Of a DNA stretch of 31,143 nt, positions 18,069 through 24,919 are shown piece by piece; within the stretch, counting starts at the first letter, position 1, and each line of letters opens with the position of its first letter. The stretch is from positions 1 to 31,143 of the IMG/VR virus record IMGVR_UViG_3300011116_000184. The stretch is one strand, 5' to 3'. The position numbers and the translations under genes are program-made. The notes beneath the pieces were generated by a model. The model made no database searches. It was not told where the DNA came from and worked only from the letters and a program-made list of their open reading frames with translations. Source of the stretch: a virus (taxonomy: Duplodnaviria > Caudoviricetes).

Positions 18069-18607
18069 TATGTAGAGTACATAGATGAGTTAGCGACTGG
18101 TTAATAAGCCTAGGGTCATTTAGACCCTTCGGCTTAAGGGCTGATAGGGCTGTCAGCACTGTAACAGTTCGCTAATCAGGCCTGACCCTCTGGCTAAGTT
18201 TAAAACTGATGCGCCAGAGAGGTTCCGATAAATTAAATTGCTAACTGATTTCTTAAATCAGTTTCCCAATTTAATTTGGCTACAATTTCCTGAATAGAAA
18301 TTGTTAGCCGCTTATCAGACTTTGTGTCTGATAAGCCTGAACCAGCCTAAGCAAAACAGTAGCCTGACGCAAGCATCTGCTGGCAACTCGTTAGAGTTGG
18401 CAAGCAGTTGTGCTGGCGTGGCTACTGCGTTGCCTGTAATGAACTGTTGGCAAAGGCTTGTCCTTTGCCTAGAGTTCCCCATTACGGTGTCATCAAACGC
18501 CCTTGCTCTTGCGTTTGATTACTGTTCTGAGACTGGCTGTCTGAACTGATTTACAAGACTGCCAGTTCAGCAACCTGAAATGTCGAGCAACTTCGTCATG
18601 ACATTTC
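18069..18607. ncRNA. Densely structured non-coding array of more than 10 consecutive hairpins (large ncRNA or ssDNA structure)
   Basis: Stems include TTAGCGA/TCGCTAA, AGGGTC/GACCCT, CTCTGGC/GCCAGAG, AAATTAAATTG/CAATTTAATTT, AACTGATTT/AAATCAGTT, GCTTATCAGAC/GTCTGATAAGC, CAGTAGCC/GGCTACTG, GGCAAAGG/CCTTTGCC, ATCAAACGC/GCGTTTGAT, CTGAACTG/CAGTTCAG, GAAATGTC/GACATTTC. Confidence 0.6.
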
Positions 18608-18613
18608 TGAGAC

Positions 18614-18759
18614 ACCTGCTATTCTGCCTTTTTTCTGACAGAAGCGCATCATAACACAGGGGCACCCGCCATCAAATAACTGGAAAGAGTGTTATTTGAC
18701 AGCAGGACCCACCCCTGTGTTATTTGATGCCTGCCAGAAAAAACTGGCAGAAAGCAGGT
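18614..18759. promoter_or_regulatory. 146-nt imperfect hairpin, candidate Frpo-like single-strand promoter 1
   Basis: ACCTGCT/AGCAGGT, TTCTGCC/GGCAGAA, TTTTTTCTG/CAGAAAAAA, GCATCA/TGATGC, TAACACAGGGG/CCCCTGTGTTA, TCAAATAAC/GTTATTTGA; minus-strand TTGATG-16-TATGAT on left arm, plus-strand TTGACA-19-TATTTG on right arm. Confidence 0.55.
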
Positions 18760-18763
18760 AGAA

Positions 18764-19069
18764 ATGTCACACGAAGTTACATTTCAGAACGCTGAACTTG
18801 CTGGTCTTGAAATCAAGACAGCCAAGAACAGCAATCAATACGCAAAGGGCGTATTGATTCTCCGTAATGAGGAAGGCAAATTCCAAGCATCTTTGCCGTT
18901 CATTACATTCACCGCAGTGGAGCCACTGGCAAAACTGCTTGAGTCAACTCCTAGAGTTGCTGGCGCAGACGCAAAGCGTCCTGTGGCTACTGTTTCAGGC
19001 TGGTTCAGGACTTCTCAAACACCTGATAAGGCTTGGCTAACGAATTTCACAGTAAATTCTGTAGCCTAA
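18764..19069 (+). CDS. SSB-like OB-fold protein
   Basis: 101 aa, beta-rich; KTAKNSNQYAKGVL, LPFITF, VATVSGWFRT, NFTVNSV fit an SSB-type strand pattern; no acidic tail; followed by terminator. Confidence 0.6.
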   Translation: MSHEVTFQNAELAGLEIKTAKNSNQYAKGVLILRNEEGKFQASLPFITFTAVEPLAKLLESTPRVAGADAKRPVATVSGWFRTSQTPDKAWLTNFTVNSVA

Positions 19070-19075
19070 TAAATC

Positions 19076-19110
19076 GGGCTAACTGAGAAATCAGTTAGCC
19101 CTTTTTATTT
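19076..19110 (+). terminator. Intrinsic terminator
   Basis: GGGCTAACTGA-GAAA-TCAGTTAGCCC followed by TTTTTATTT. Confidence 0.88.
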
Positions 19111-19118
19111 ATCTCCAC

Positions 19119-19308
19119 TAATGATGGCTAGTTATATCACCACTAAGGAGGTGCTAACTTGACAGCCAATTATCAGCCCATCAATGATGAGTTCCTTTGT
19201 AATTCAAAGGAACTTCTGACAATACCTAATGTGTTATACGAGTCAATGATATACATACACAGCACTAAGCCCATGACAATAACTCATGCATTATGCGAGC
19301 CATCATTA
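19119..19308. other. Long-range folded domain
   Basis: Nested pairs TAATGATGGCT/AGCCATCATTA, AGTTAT/ATAACT, GTGCT/AGCAC, TTGAC/GTCAA, apical AGTTCCTTTG/CAAAGGAACT. Confidence 0.5.
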
Positions 19309-19473
19309 CACCTTAACAAAGCGGCCCAAAAATACCACGCCCAGCAAGATGGGTTCGTCAAGGGGTCGCAGTCAATGATAACTAATTGCTCGCCCTTGAC
19401 TAACCCGCTGGGCATGGTGTGGATTAGCCGCTTTATTAAATTAATAAAGTGTAATGAAAGGATAAATAAATAA
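19159..19473 (+). CDS. Doubtful 104-aa ORF overlying structured DNA
   Basis: Strong TAAGGAGGT SD before TTG and TAATG overlap with next ORF, but no recognisable motif and runs through two hairpin domains. Confidence 0.3.
   Translation: MTANYQPINDEFLCNSKELLTIPNVLYESMIYIHSTKPMTITHALCEPSLHLNKAAQKYHAQQDGFVKGSQSMITNCSPLTNPLGMVWISRFIKLIKCNERINK
19313..19439. promoter_or_regulatory. 127-nt imperfect hairpin, candidate Frpo-like single-strand promoter 2
   Basis: TTAACAAAGCGGC/GCCGCTTTATTAA, CCACGCCCAGC/GCTGGGCATGG, GGGTT/AACCC, GTCAAGGG/CCCTTGAC; minus-strand TTGACG-21-TATTTT becomes 16-bp spacing when AAGAT (19346-19350) bulges out. Confidence 0.55.
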
Positions 19474-19640
19474 TGAGTAAATTATATAGGGCTTGTGATA
19501 AATGTAGATATGATATAGATGTAGTAGGTGTAAATGAATGTAGGTTTGATGAGCATGAGTGGCAAGAATTAAATATAACTGGTGTTGTTTATGTTATGTG
19601 TTGTAAATGTGGTAAAGATGAGGAATACTTATGGAAATAA
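19473..19640 (+). CDS. 55-aa CxxC...CxxC zinc-binding protein (not in ORF track)
   Basis: MSKLYRACDKCRYD...VMCCKCGKDEEYLWK; AAAGGA upstream. Confidence 0.65.
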   Translation: MSKLYRACDKCRYDIDVVGVNECRFDEHEWQELNITGVVYVMCCKCGKDEEYLWK

Positions 19641-20128
19641 ATAATTTAAGAGGTAGTTTTTTAAGTAATTTTTATGAAAGTTCTATAGAACTAGATGGTA
19701 TAGTTTATAGAAATGCTGAGGCTGCTTACCAAGCCATGAAATCTAATGATAATTTAGTAAGAGTTAAGTTTATAAATTTAAATGGTGCGAATGCTAAAGC
19801 GCTAGGAAAAAGAATAGAGTTAAGAAAAGATTGGAATGATATTAAGTTAGATATTATGTATAAAATAATAAAAAATAAGTTTACGCAAAACCCTACCCTT
19901 ACTAAATTATTAGTAGATACTAATGATAAAGTAATTATAGAAGGTAATACTTGGGGAGATACTTATTGGGGTATGTGTAAAGGTAAAGGAGAAAATCATT
20001 TAGGAAAAATCCTAATGAAAGTAAGAGAAGAAATAAAACTCTCACATCATAATGATGTGCTTGTCGAACTTTCCCGCCGCACAAGTGAGCGGGAAAGTTC
20101 TCACTCAAATGCAAAGGAGATAAAATGA
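19631..20128 (+). CDS. NADAR family protein (YbiA / T4 gp30.3-like)
   Basis: FLSNFY, AEAAYQAMK, AKALGK, DWNDIKLDIM, KFTQNP, IIEGNTWGDTYWG, GENHLGKILMKVREEI. Confidence 0.93.
   Translation: MEINNLRGSFLSNFYESSIELDGIVYRNAEAAYQAMKSNDNLVRVKFINLNGANAKALGKRIELRKDWNDIKLDIMYKIIKNKFTQNPTLTKLLVDTNDKVIIEGNTWGDTYWGMCKGKGENHLGKILMKVREEIKLSHHNDVLVELSRRTSERESSHSNAKEIK
20043..20100. repeat. Palindrome plus 12-bp hairpin within NADAR 3' extension
   Basis: CACATCAT-A-ATGATGTG (20043-20059); GAACTTTCCCGC/GCGGGAAAGTTC (20066-20100). Confidence 0.6.
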
Positions 20129-20508
20129 AAACAAATAACCATGAACTAGTAATTAGTAATGGTATTACTGTAACTAATGACTGCTACCAATGCACACAAC
20201 TCAATGAGTTATGTGGAGAATGTCTAGACAAAAGAGAAGCGCAAGCAGCAGATATAGCGCATGAGATTGTTGACGAAGGCAATCTTACATATCTAAAAGT
20301 CTGGAGTAAACCAACTGATTGGACCCATGATAAGGGTGCCAATCACAAATGGACTGAGCGAGAGGATGAATACCTTGACCCAGTAGTAGAAATGGCAGAT
20401 AGATTCTTTGATTTAGAAGATGCCATTGAATTGCAAACATCTGAAACTATATGTTCTAGTTGTCATTATGTTTACAATAAATATACAATTTGTCCTAATT
20501 GCAATTAA
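20125..20508 (+). CDS. Acidic protein with two Cys4 zinc-binding motifs
   Basis: CYQC..LCGEC and CSSC..CPNC; AAAGGAGATA SD. Confidence 0.8.
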   Translation: MKTNNHELVISNGITVTNDCYQCTQLNELCGECLDKREAQAADIAHEIVDEGNLTYLKVWSKPTDWTHDKGANHKWTEREDEYLDPVVEMADRFFDLEDAIELQTSETICSSCHYVYNKYTICPNCN

Positions 20509-20518
20509 TTGAATAGCA

Positions 20519-20549
20519 GTTGCCCCTGTAACAAGTTGACAGGGGCAAC
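20519..20549. promoter_or_regulatory. Intergenic hairpin before RBS
   Basis: GTTGCCCCTGT/ACAGGGGCAAC 11 bp. Confidence 0.55.
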
Positions 20550-20574
20550 CGCCCTAAATGAAAAGGAGATAGAC

Positions 20575-20874
20575 ATGAATAATGTAGACATAACTGGCTA
20601 TATAAAGTCAGTTCGTGAAGCAGGAACTAGTAACTATAAAGTGTTACTAGCAAGCATCAGCCAACGAGATGCATTTGGCAAGTGTGTATACACTGGTCAG
20701 ATAGTTGCAATGGATGATGAAGTTAAGGCACAGTTATTATCAGTGCCAATGCGTGATGGTGTATCAGATATCATCCGTGTCAAAGGTTCTTTAAAGACTT
20801 ACTTTGACCGCCGTAATCCAGATAAACTGGAATCCCGTCAACAAATTGTTGCCCACTCAATAACAGTAGGGTAA
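20575..20874 (+). CDS. Second SSB-like OB-fold protein
   Basis: MNNVDITGYI start, IRVKGSLKTYF, QIVAHSI resemble canonical SSB strands; start revised to ATG after AAAGGAGATA; no acidic tail. Confidence 0.65.
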   Translation: MNNVDITGYIKSVREAGTSNYKVLLASISQRDAFGKCVYTGQIVAMDDEVKAQLLSVPMRDGVSDIIRVKGSLKTYFDRRNPDKLESRQQIVAHSITVG

Positions 20875-20883
20875 CATACAACA

Positions 20884-20913
20884 GGCTGGCTGCCACTACC
20901 TGCGCAGCCAGCC
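20884..20913. promoter_or_regulatory. Intergenic hairpin before RBS
   Basis: GGCTGGCTGC/GCAGCCAGCC 10 bp. Confidence 0.55.
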
Positions 20914-20932
20914 CTATAACAAAGGAGATAAT

Positions 20933-21061
20933 GTGAGTAACGAGAGAAAGAATGGCAAGGCCTGGAAGAAAAAACCAAAGGTTCAAAAGAAAACAGGTAA
21001 GACAGTAGGTGGATATAGTCCAGCCAAATTGGCTATCCGTGCACAGAAAAGAGGCAAGTAA
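20933..21061 (+). CDS. 42-aa basic protein (not in ORF track)
   Basis: GTG start after AAAGGAG; MSNERKNGKAWKKKPKVQKKTGKTVGGYSPAKLAIRAQKRGK; TAATG overlap with next ORF. Confidence 0.6.
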   Translation: MSNERKNGKAWKKKPKVQKKTGKTVGGYSPAKLAIRAQKRGK

Positions 21062-21216
21062 TGTATCTAGATATAGGAACAATGATAGGTATTATGATAG
21101 CCCTAGTTGTCAGCATCTTGACTATTGGCTATAGCATTTATATAATCAAGACACAAAACGAAATCATTCAGCGTATGAGTGATTCTGCTGCAACCAGACG
21201 CAAGATGGAAAGGTAG
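21061..21216 (+). CDS. 51-aa single-pass membrane protein (not in ORF track)
   Basis: MYLDIGTMIGIMIALVVSILTIGYSIYII...RRKMER. Confidence 0.65.
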   Translation: MYLDIGTMIGIMIALVVSILTIGYSIYIIKTQNEIIQRMSDSAATRRKMER

Positions 21217-21222
21217 ATAGCA

Positions 21223-21387
21223 ATGAGAACCAGAGAAGAACTATTTAAAATCAAAGAAGCATTTGCTTATGCAATGCTTGATTTACTTGATGTATATGAC
21301 GAGTTACTTGCAACAGATAGAGTGTGGGTAGCACCAGAACCTACAGTTAATGACCTTCTAAAGAATGACGAGGAAGCCAATGCTTGA
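21223..21387 (+). CDS. 54-aa acidic hypothetical protein (not in ORF track)
   Basis: MRTREELFKIKEAFAYAMLDLLDVYDELLATDRVWVAPEPTVNDLLKNDEEANA; AAAGGT SD. Confidence 0.65.
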   Translation: MRTREELFKIKEAFAYAMLDLLDVYDELLATDRVWVAPEPTVNDLLKNDEEANA

Positions 21388-21565
21388 GGAAGATACCCCA
21401 CAATGGGAGCATACTGTGTGGATTATGGCCAAAGTTAGATGCCGAACTACACATATAAATATAGATACAGCAGGTGATGAAGCCCTTGATGACCCATCAG
21501 AGTGGCATGTGTTAGAGTTTGATAAGGGTATAAAGCATAGCCAAGAGATTGTAAGGGTGAAATGA
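21380..21565 (+). CDS. Hypothetical protein
   Basis: Start revised to MLEEDTPQW after GAGGA SD. Confidence 0.65.
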   Translation: MLEEDTPQWEHTVWIMAKVRCRTTHINIDTAGDEALDDPSEWHVLEFDKGIKHSQEIVRVK

Positions 21566-21660
21566 TTGACGAGTTCATTGCGAGTTCATACCTCACACCA
21601 TCACAATCCTGGACATTCCTCATACTCTTTGGATATATCACATGGAGGTTTATTAGATGA
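21562..21660 (+). CDS. 32-aa hydrophobic peptide (not in ORF track)
   Basis: MIDEFIASSYLTPSQSWTFLILFGYITWRFIR; ATGA overlaps at both ends. Confidence 0.5.
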   Translation: MIDEFIASSYLTPSQSWTFLILFGYITWRFIR

Positions 21661-22076
21661 AGAGATTGTTAGCAGGGTATTTAAGTTGGCTACTAGCGTT
21701 CTTGTCCGCACCATTCTTACCCAGTCCAGCAATGGCGGCAGCAGTAGCAACACAATTGCAAGCCAATTGCATAGACATATCTATCTGGACACCACGGATG
21801 GCAAAGGCATACGCCCAAGCCATCATGAAATGGGAGTACCCACATTGGAACAAGTCTGAGTGGCGTGCACTCGTTAAACTTTGGGGCAAAGAGTCTGGAT
21901 GGCAACACGATGCAGATAACCCTAAGTCAACAGCGTATGGTATAGCACAAATATTAAACACTAAACCTGGAACGCCAGCCCCGCTTCAGGTTGAGCGGGG
22001 GCTGGCTTATATTCAGCACCGCTATAACAAACCATCACAAGCATGGGCACATTGGCGTGCTAAAGGATGGTATTAA
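21657..22076 (+). CDS. Secreted lytic transglycosylase (SLT/lysozyme-like, actinobacterial type)
   Basis: Signal peptide; LWGKESGW (catalytic Glu), NPKSTAYGIAQ, GLAYIQHRY, AWAHW..GWY. Confidence 0.88.
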   Translation: MKRLLAGYLSWLLAFLSAPFLPSPAMAAAVATQLQANCIDISIWTPRMAKAYAQAIMKWEYPHWNKSEWRALVKLWGKESGWQHDADNPKSTAYGIAQILNTKPGTPAPLQVERGLAYIQHRYNKPSQAWAHWRAKGWY

Positions 22077-22079
22077 GTT

Positions 22080-22179
22080 TCTACCTAAGCACTCCAGCGC
22101 TCCAGGTAGATATCACAAGGCCAACAACTAAGCAACGGCCTTCCTTGTGGGTGGTCCCGCCACCGTGAACACGGGACAC
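22080..22179 (+). other. Three-hairpin intergenic element
   Basis: TCTACCT/AGGTAGA, CACAAGG/CCTTGTG or AAGGCC/GGCCTT, GTCCCG/CGGGAC. Confidence 0.45.
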
Positions 22180-22202
22180 TAACCAACAAACAAAGGAGAT
22201 AC

Positions 22203-22631
22203 ATGGCACGAGGAAATGGCAGGACAATTAATGTAAAGATACCTACAATTAAGGTAATCAATGCATTAGAAACTAAGTTAGTCCAAATAAAAACTAACTA
22301 TGCAAAGCAAGATAAACTAGAAGCAGAGTATCAAAAAGCCCGCACAAAATGGGATAAAGATATAAAAGCATGGGCAGTTAATAACTTCAGCAAAGCAGAA
22401 AATATCAGAACAAACTATCGTTCATGGAATTCAACTATGAATGTTGACTTTGATATACCTTGTGACGCTAAAGATTTTCCACAAGAACCTGACCGTGATT
22501 ATGAAGTTATGTCTACACATCAATACAAAGATGATGTCGAAGAGATTGAGAATGCTATTCGTATTCTTAAACTTACAGATGAAGAAACGGTATCAACATC
22601 TACTTACAATTCAATAGCCAGATACTTATAG
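22203..22631 (+). CDS. Hypothetical protein
   Basis: 142 aa; AAAGGAGATA SD. Confidence 0.8.
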   Translation: MARGNGRTINVKIPTIKVINALETKLVQIKTNYAKQDKLEAEYQKARTKWDKDIKAWAVNNFSKAENIRTNYRSWNSTMNVDFDIPCDAKDFPQEPDRDYEVMSTHQYKDDVEEIENAIRILKLTDEETVSTSTYNSIARYL

Positions 22632-22636
22632 TAAAT

Positions 22637-22667
22637 CGGGCGTCTGCCAAAAGGGGCAGAGCGCCCG
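22637..22667. promoter_or_regulatory. Intergenic hairpin before RBS
   Basis: CGGGCG-TCTGCC/GGCAGA-G-CGCCCG. Confidence 0.55.
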
Positions 22668-22684
22668 CAAATAAAGGAGATAAA

Positions 22685-23233
22685 ATGCTAGACATAAATT
22701 ATGACACACTTCGTAATGAAGTAAAAGACGAGTTAATCAAACAAGAAGGAACATATAATCCAGATAACCGTGATACAAATGTTCGTATTGTTGAAGACAT
22801 TCGTAAAGCAATTGATAATGTAGCAGATGGTGTTATACCATCAGCCCAACACATAGCAGAGGTAGCCATTGCTACCAATGAAAACCTACAAATCCGTGAC
22901 TTTCTAATGGGTGTTCAGTTAGAAAAAGACATTGATTATGTAGGTCAATACATATCATTACTTGGTAATGTTATTGTTAAAGACAAAGCAGTTCCATTAG
23001 CCACAGTATTTTGTGGATACTTATATCAAGTTGAAGAAACAGAGCAGGCTAAGTCAATGTTGATTGAGGTATTAAATCTTAATCCAGATTATGCATTGGC
23101 TAAATTACTTAGCAGAGTATTTCTTGCTGAGTGGCCAGCAGGTGCATTCAAACAAATGGCTGAAGAACTACATACTAAAGTTGTAGATACTATCTACGCA
23201 ATAGATACACAAGAGGTAAACAATGACAACTAA
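22685..23233 (+). CDS. DUF4192-like helical protein
   Basis: IRDFLMG...PLATVF..YLY...LNLNPDYALAKLL resembles the DUF4192 C-terminal motif (from memory). Confidence 0.55.
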   Translation: MLDINYDTLRNEVKDELIKQEGTYNPDNRDTNVRIVEDIRKAIDNVADGVIPSAQHIAEVAIATNENLQIRDFLMGVQLEKDIDYVGQYISLLGNVIVKDKAVPLATVFCGYLYQVEETEQAKSMLIEVLNLNPDYALAKLLSRVFLAEWPAGAFKQMAEELHTKVVDTIYAIDTQEVNNDN

Positions 23234-24221
23234 TACACTTATACACGGAGCCGTACGCAAAAGCGCATGGCACAAAGCAGGTGTAGCAGTCGAGGCTACA
23301 TCAGCCAGTGAGGTAGCCAGTCAAGCAGGACTAGACTGGTCAGTATCACTACACGATATAACTGCAACTTATACAGTTCCAGGTGAGAATGGAACTAATA
23401 TGGTTAAAGATTATATCCCTGTTGAAAATAAAAAAGCAGTTATTAAAACAACACCATATGGTCAGACATCAGCCATTGGTGTAGTAGGTAATCGCTATAA
23501 AGTATTTCAGAATGCAGAAATCTTTGGTGCATTAGATAATCTTATTGACAGCAGTGGGATTAGATATGCAGCAGCAGGTGAGTACGATGGCGGTGCAAAA
23601 GTTTGGATGTTGATGGAAACTCCATTAGAAATGACCATCGCCAACGACCCACATGCAGCATTCTTACTGGCCAAGACTAGTCATGATGGCAGTAGTTCAG
23701 TTATAATTAAACCAGTAATTGAACGGTTGTTTTGTATGAATCAAATTAATAAAATATACAAAAAGAATAACAAGTATACTTATACTTTGAACCATACAAG
23801 CAACGCAGTCTTGTCAGTATCAGAGATTGCTAACATCATACAACTAACCTATGATATGGCTAATGATTACACAGCACTAGCAGATACATTGCTTAGTAAA
23901 GAAGCAAGCCACGAGCATGCTAAGAATTATTTCAAGCGTGTGTTTCCACTACCAAGTAAGATAGAGGAAGCACCGTATCATCTGCTATCAACAGGTGAAA
24001 AGAAACAATTTACTAATGCAATCAATGCTAGGGCTAAAGCCTTTGACATATACTCAGCCTCACCTACACAAGAAAACATACGAGACACAGAGTTTGGTAT
24101 GTGGCACGCAGTTATAGAGTGGGCTGACTACAACGCTAAAGGCAAAAACCTTGCAGTTAGTACAATGGCTGGTCGTAATGACGGTATTAAAACTAGAGCA
24201 CTTGAATTGTTGATATCATAA
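23223..24221 (+). CDS. DUF932 domain phage/plasmid-like protein (TIGR03299-like)
   Basis: SAWHKAG, AGLDWSV, GVVGNRYKVFQNAEIF, GGAKVW, TSHDGS, RLFCMNQ, TEFGMWHAVIEWADY. Confidence 0.88.
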   Translation: MTTNTLIHGAVRKSAWHKAGVAVEATSASEVASQAGLDWSVSLHDITATYTVPGENGTNMVKDYIPVENKKAVIKTTPYGQTSAIGVVGNRYKVFQNAEIFGALDNLIDSSGIRYAAAGEYDGGAKVWMLMETPLEMTIANDPHAAFLLAKTSHDGSSSVIIKPVIERLFCMNQINKIYKKNNKYTYTLNHTSNAVLSVSEIANIIQLTYDMANDYTALADTLLSKEASHEHAKNYFKRVFPLPSKIEEAPYHLLSTGEKKQFTNAINARAKAFDIYSASPTQENIRDTEFGMWHAVIEWADYNAKGKNLAVSTMAGRNDGIKTRALELLIS

Positions 24222-24382
24222 TGAGTATAATATCTGCAATCAAAGAATGTAATGTATGTAGAAAAGAAAAACGAGTAGTATCAGAATCACTCTTTGCCAA
24301 TGGCCTATATGGTTACTGGTGTAAAGAGTGTGATGCACTTGAAGGCGCAAGCCCTATACAAACATCAATCAAAATAAAATAA
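24221..24382 (+). CDS. 53-aa zinc-ribbon protein (not in ORF track)
   Basis: MSIISAIKECNVCRKE...YWCKECDALEG...; TAATG overlap. Confidence 0.65.
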   Translation: MSIISAIKECNVCRKEKRVVSESLFANGLYGYWCKECDALEGASPIQTSIKIK

Positions 24383-24392
24383 AGGAGATGGC

Positions 24393-24845
24393 ATGACAAT
24401 GTATTACAGTGAGATAGATGGTACTGAACCAACTATTTCTATCCAAGTAAAAGATACCAAGTATACCTTTACCAATGAATCACTTACTAGATTGATAGAA
24501 GAAAAAGAATCTATTAAAACAGAATTACTACAGGCTGAACGCAAACTTAGAAGCGCTCAGTTTGATGTAAAAGAATTCTTTCAATCTAGATATGAAACAG
24601 ACAGTGATGAAATTGTATGCGAAGTAGGAGATATCAATGACCTATTGAGCAGCATAGGTAGTGACCAACTAACCAAGTCATGGTCAGCAACAGTAACTAT
24701 TACAGCCACAGTCACAGGTATAGAAGCACCTAATGCAGAAGCAGCAAGAGAAATTCTTGATGATGCATTTGAAATTAACCTGACAGTTGATGGCGATGTA
24801 TGGGTTGACGACATTAGCATAGACTCAGCATATCCTGAAGCCTAG
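24393..24845 (+). CDS. Acidic hypothetical protein
   Basis: 150 aa; AAAGGAGAT SD. Confidence 0.8.
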   Translation: MTMYYSEIDGTEPTISIQVKDTKYTFTNESLTRLIEEKESIKTELLQAERKLRSAQFDVKEFFQSRYETDSDEIVCEVGDINDLLSSIGSDQLTKSWSATVTITATVTGIEAPNAEAAREILDDAFEINLTVDGDVWVDDISIDSAYPEA

Positions 24846-24849
24846 TATA

Positions 24850-24858
24850 TGATACACT
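24850..24858 (+). promoter_or_regulatory. Extended -10 promoter (TGaTACACT) for replication genes
   Basis: TGn-TANNNT in intergenic gap; predicted start near 24865. Confidence 0.5.
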
Positions 24859-24863
24859 AATCT

Positions 24864-24917
24864 TGAGCAGCCCTGGTTTTGGCTATCTCCTTTCTCAGGG
24901 CTGACTCATAAAGGAGA
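24864..24917 (+). ncRNA. Hairpin with anti-Shine-Dalgarno loop (SD-sequestering pseudoknot or antisense RNA)
   Basis: TGAG-CAGCCCTG/CAGGGCTG-A-CTCA stem; loop TATCTCCTTT (24884-24893) complementary to AAAGGAGA at 24910-24917. Confidence 0.55.
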
Positions 24918-24919
24918 AT

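Noticed and set aside
18301-18549. 82-aa plus-strand ORF
   Set aside because: No SD, TTG start, no recognisable motif, lies entirely within hairpins
18069-18760. CRISPR array or tRNA cluster
   Set aside because: Hairpins share no repeated sequence or regular period; no cloverleaf with T-loop and CCA found
20536-20565. TTGACA in the 20519-20549 hairpin as a promoter
   Set aside because: No acceptable -10 hexamer at 16-18 nt spacing, and the hairpin is too short for the Frpo-like geometry
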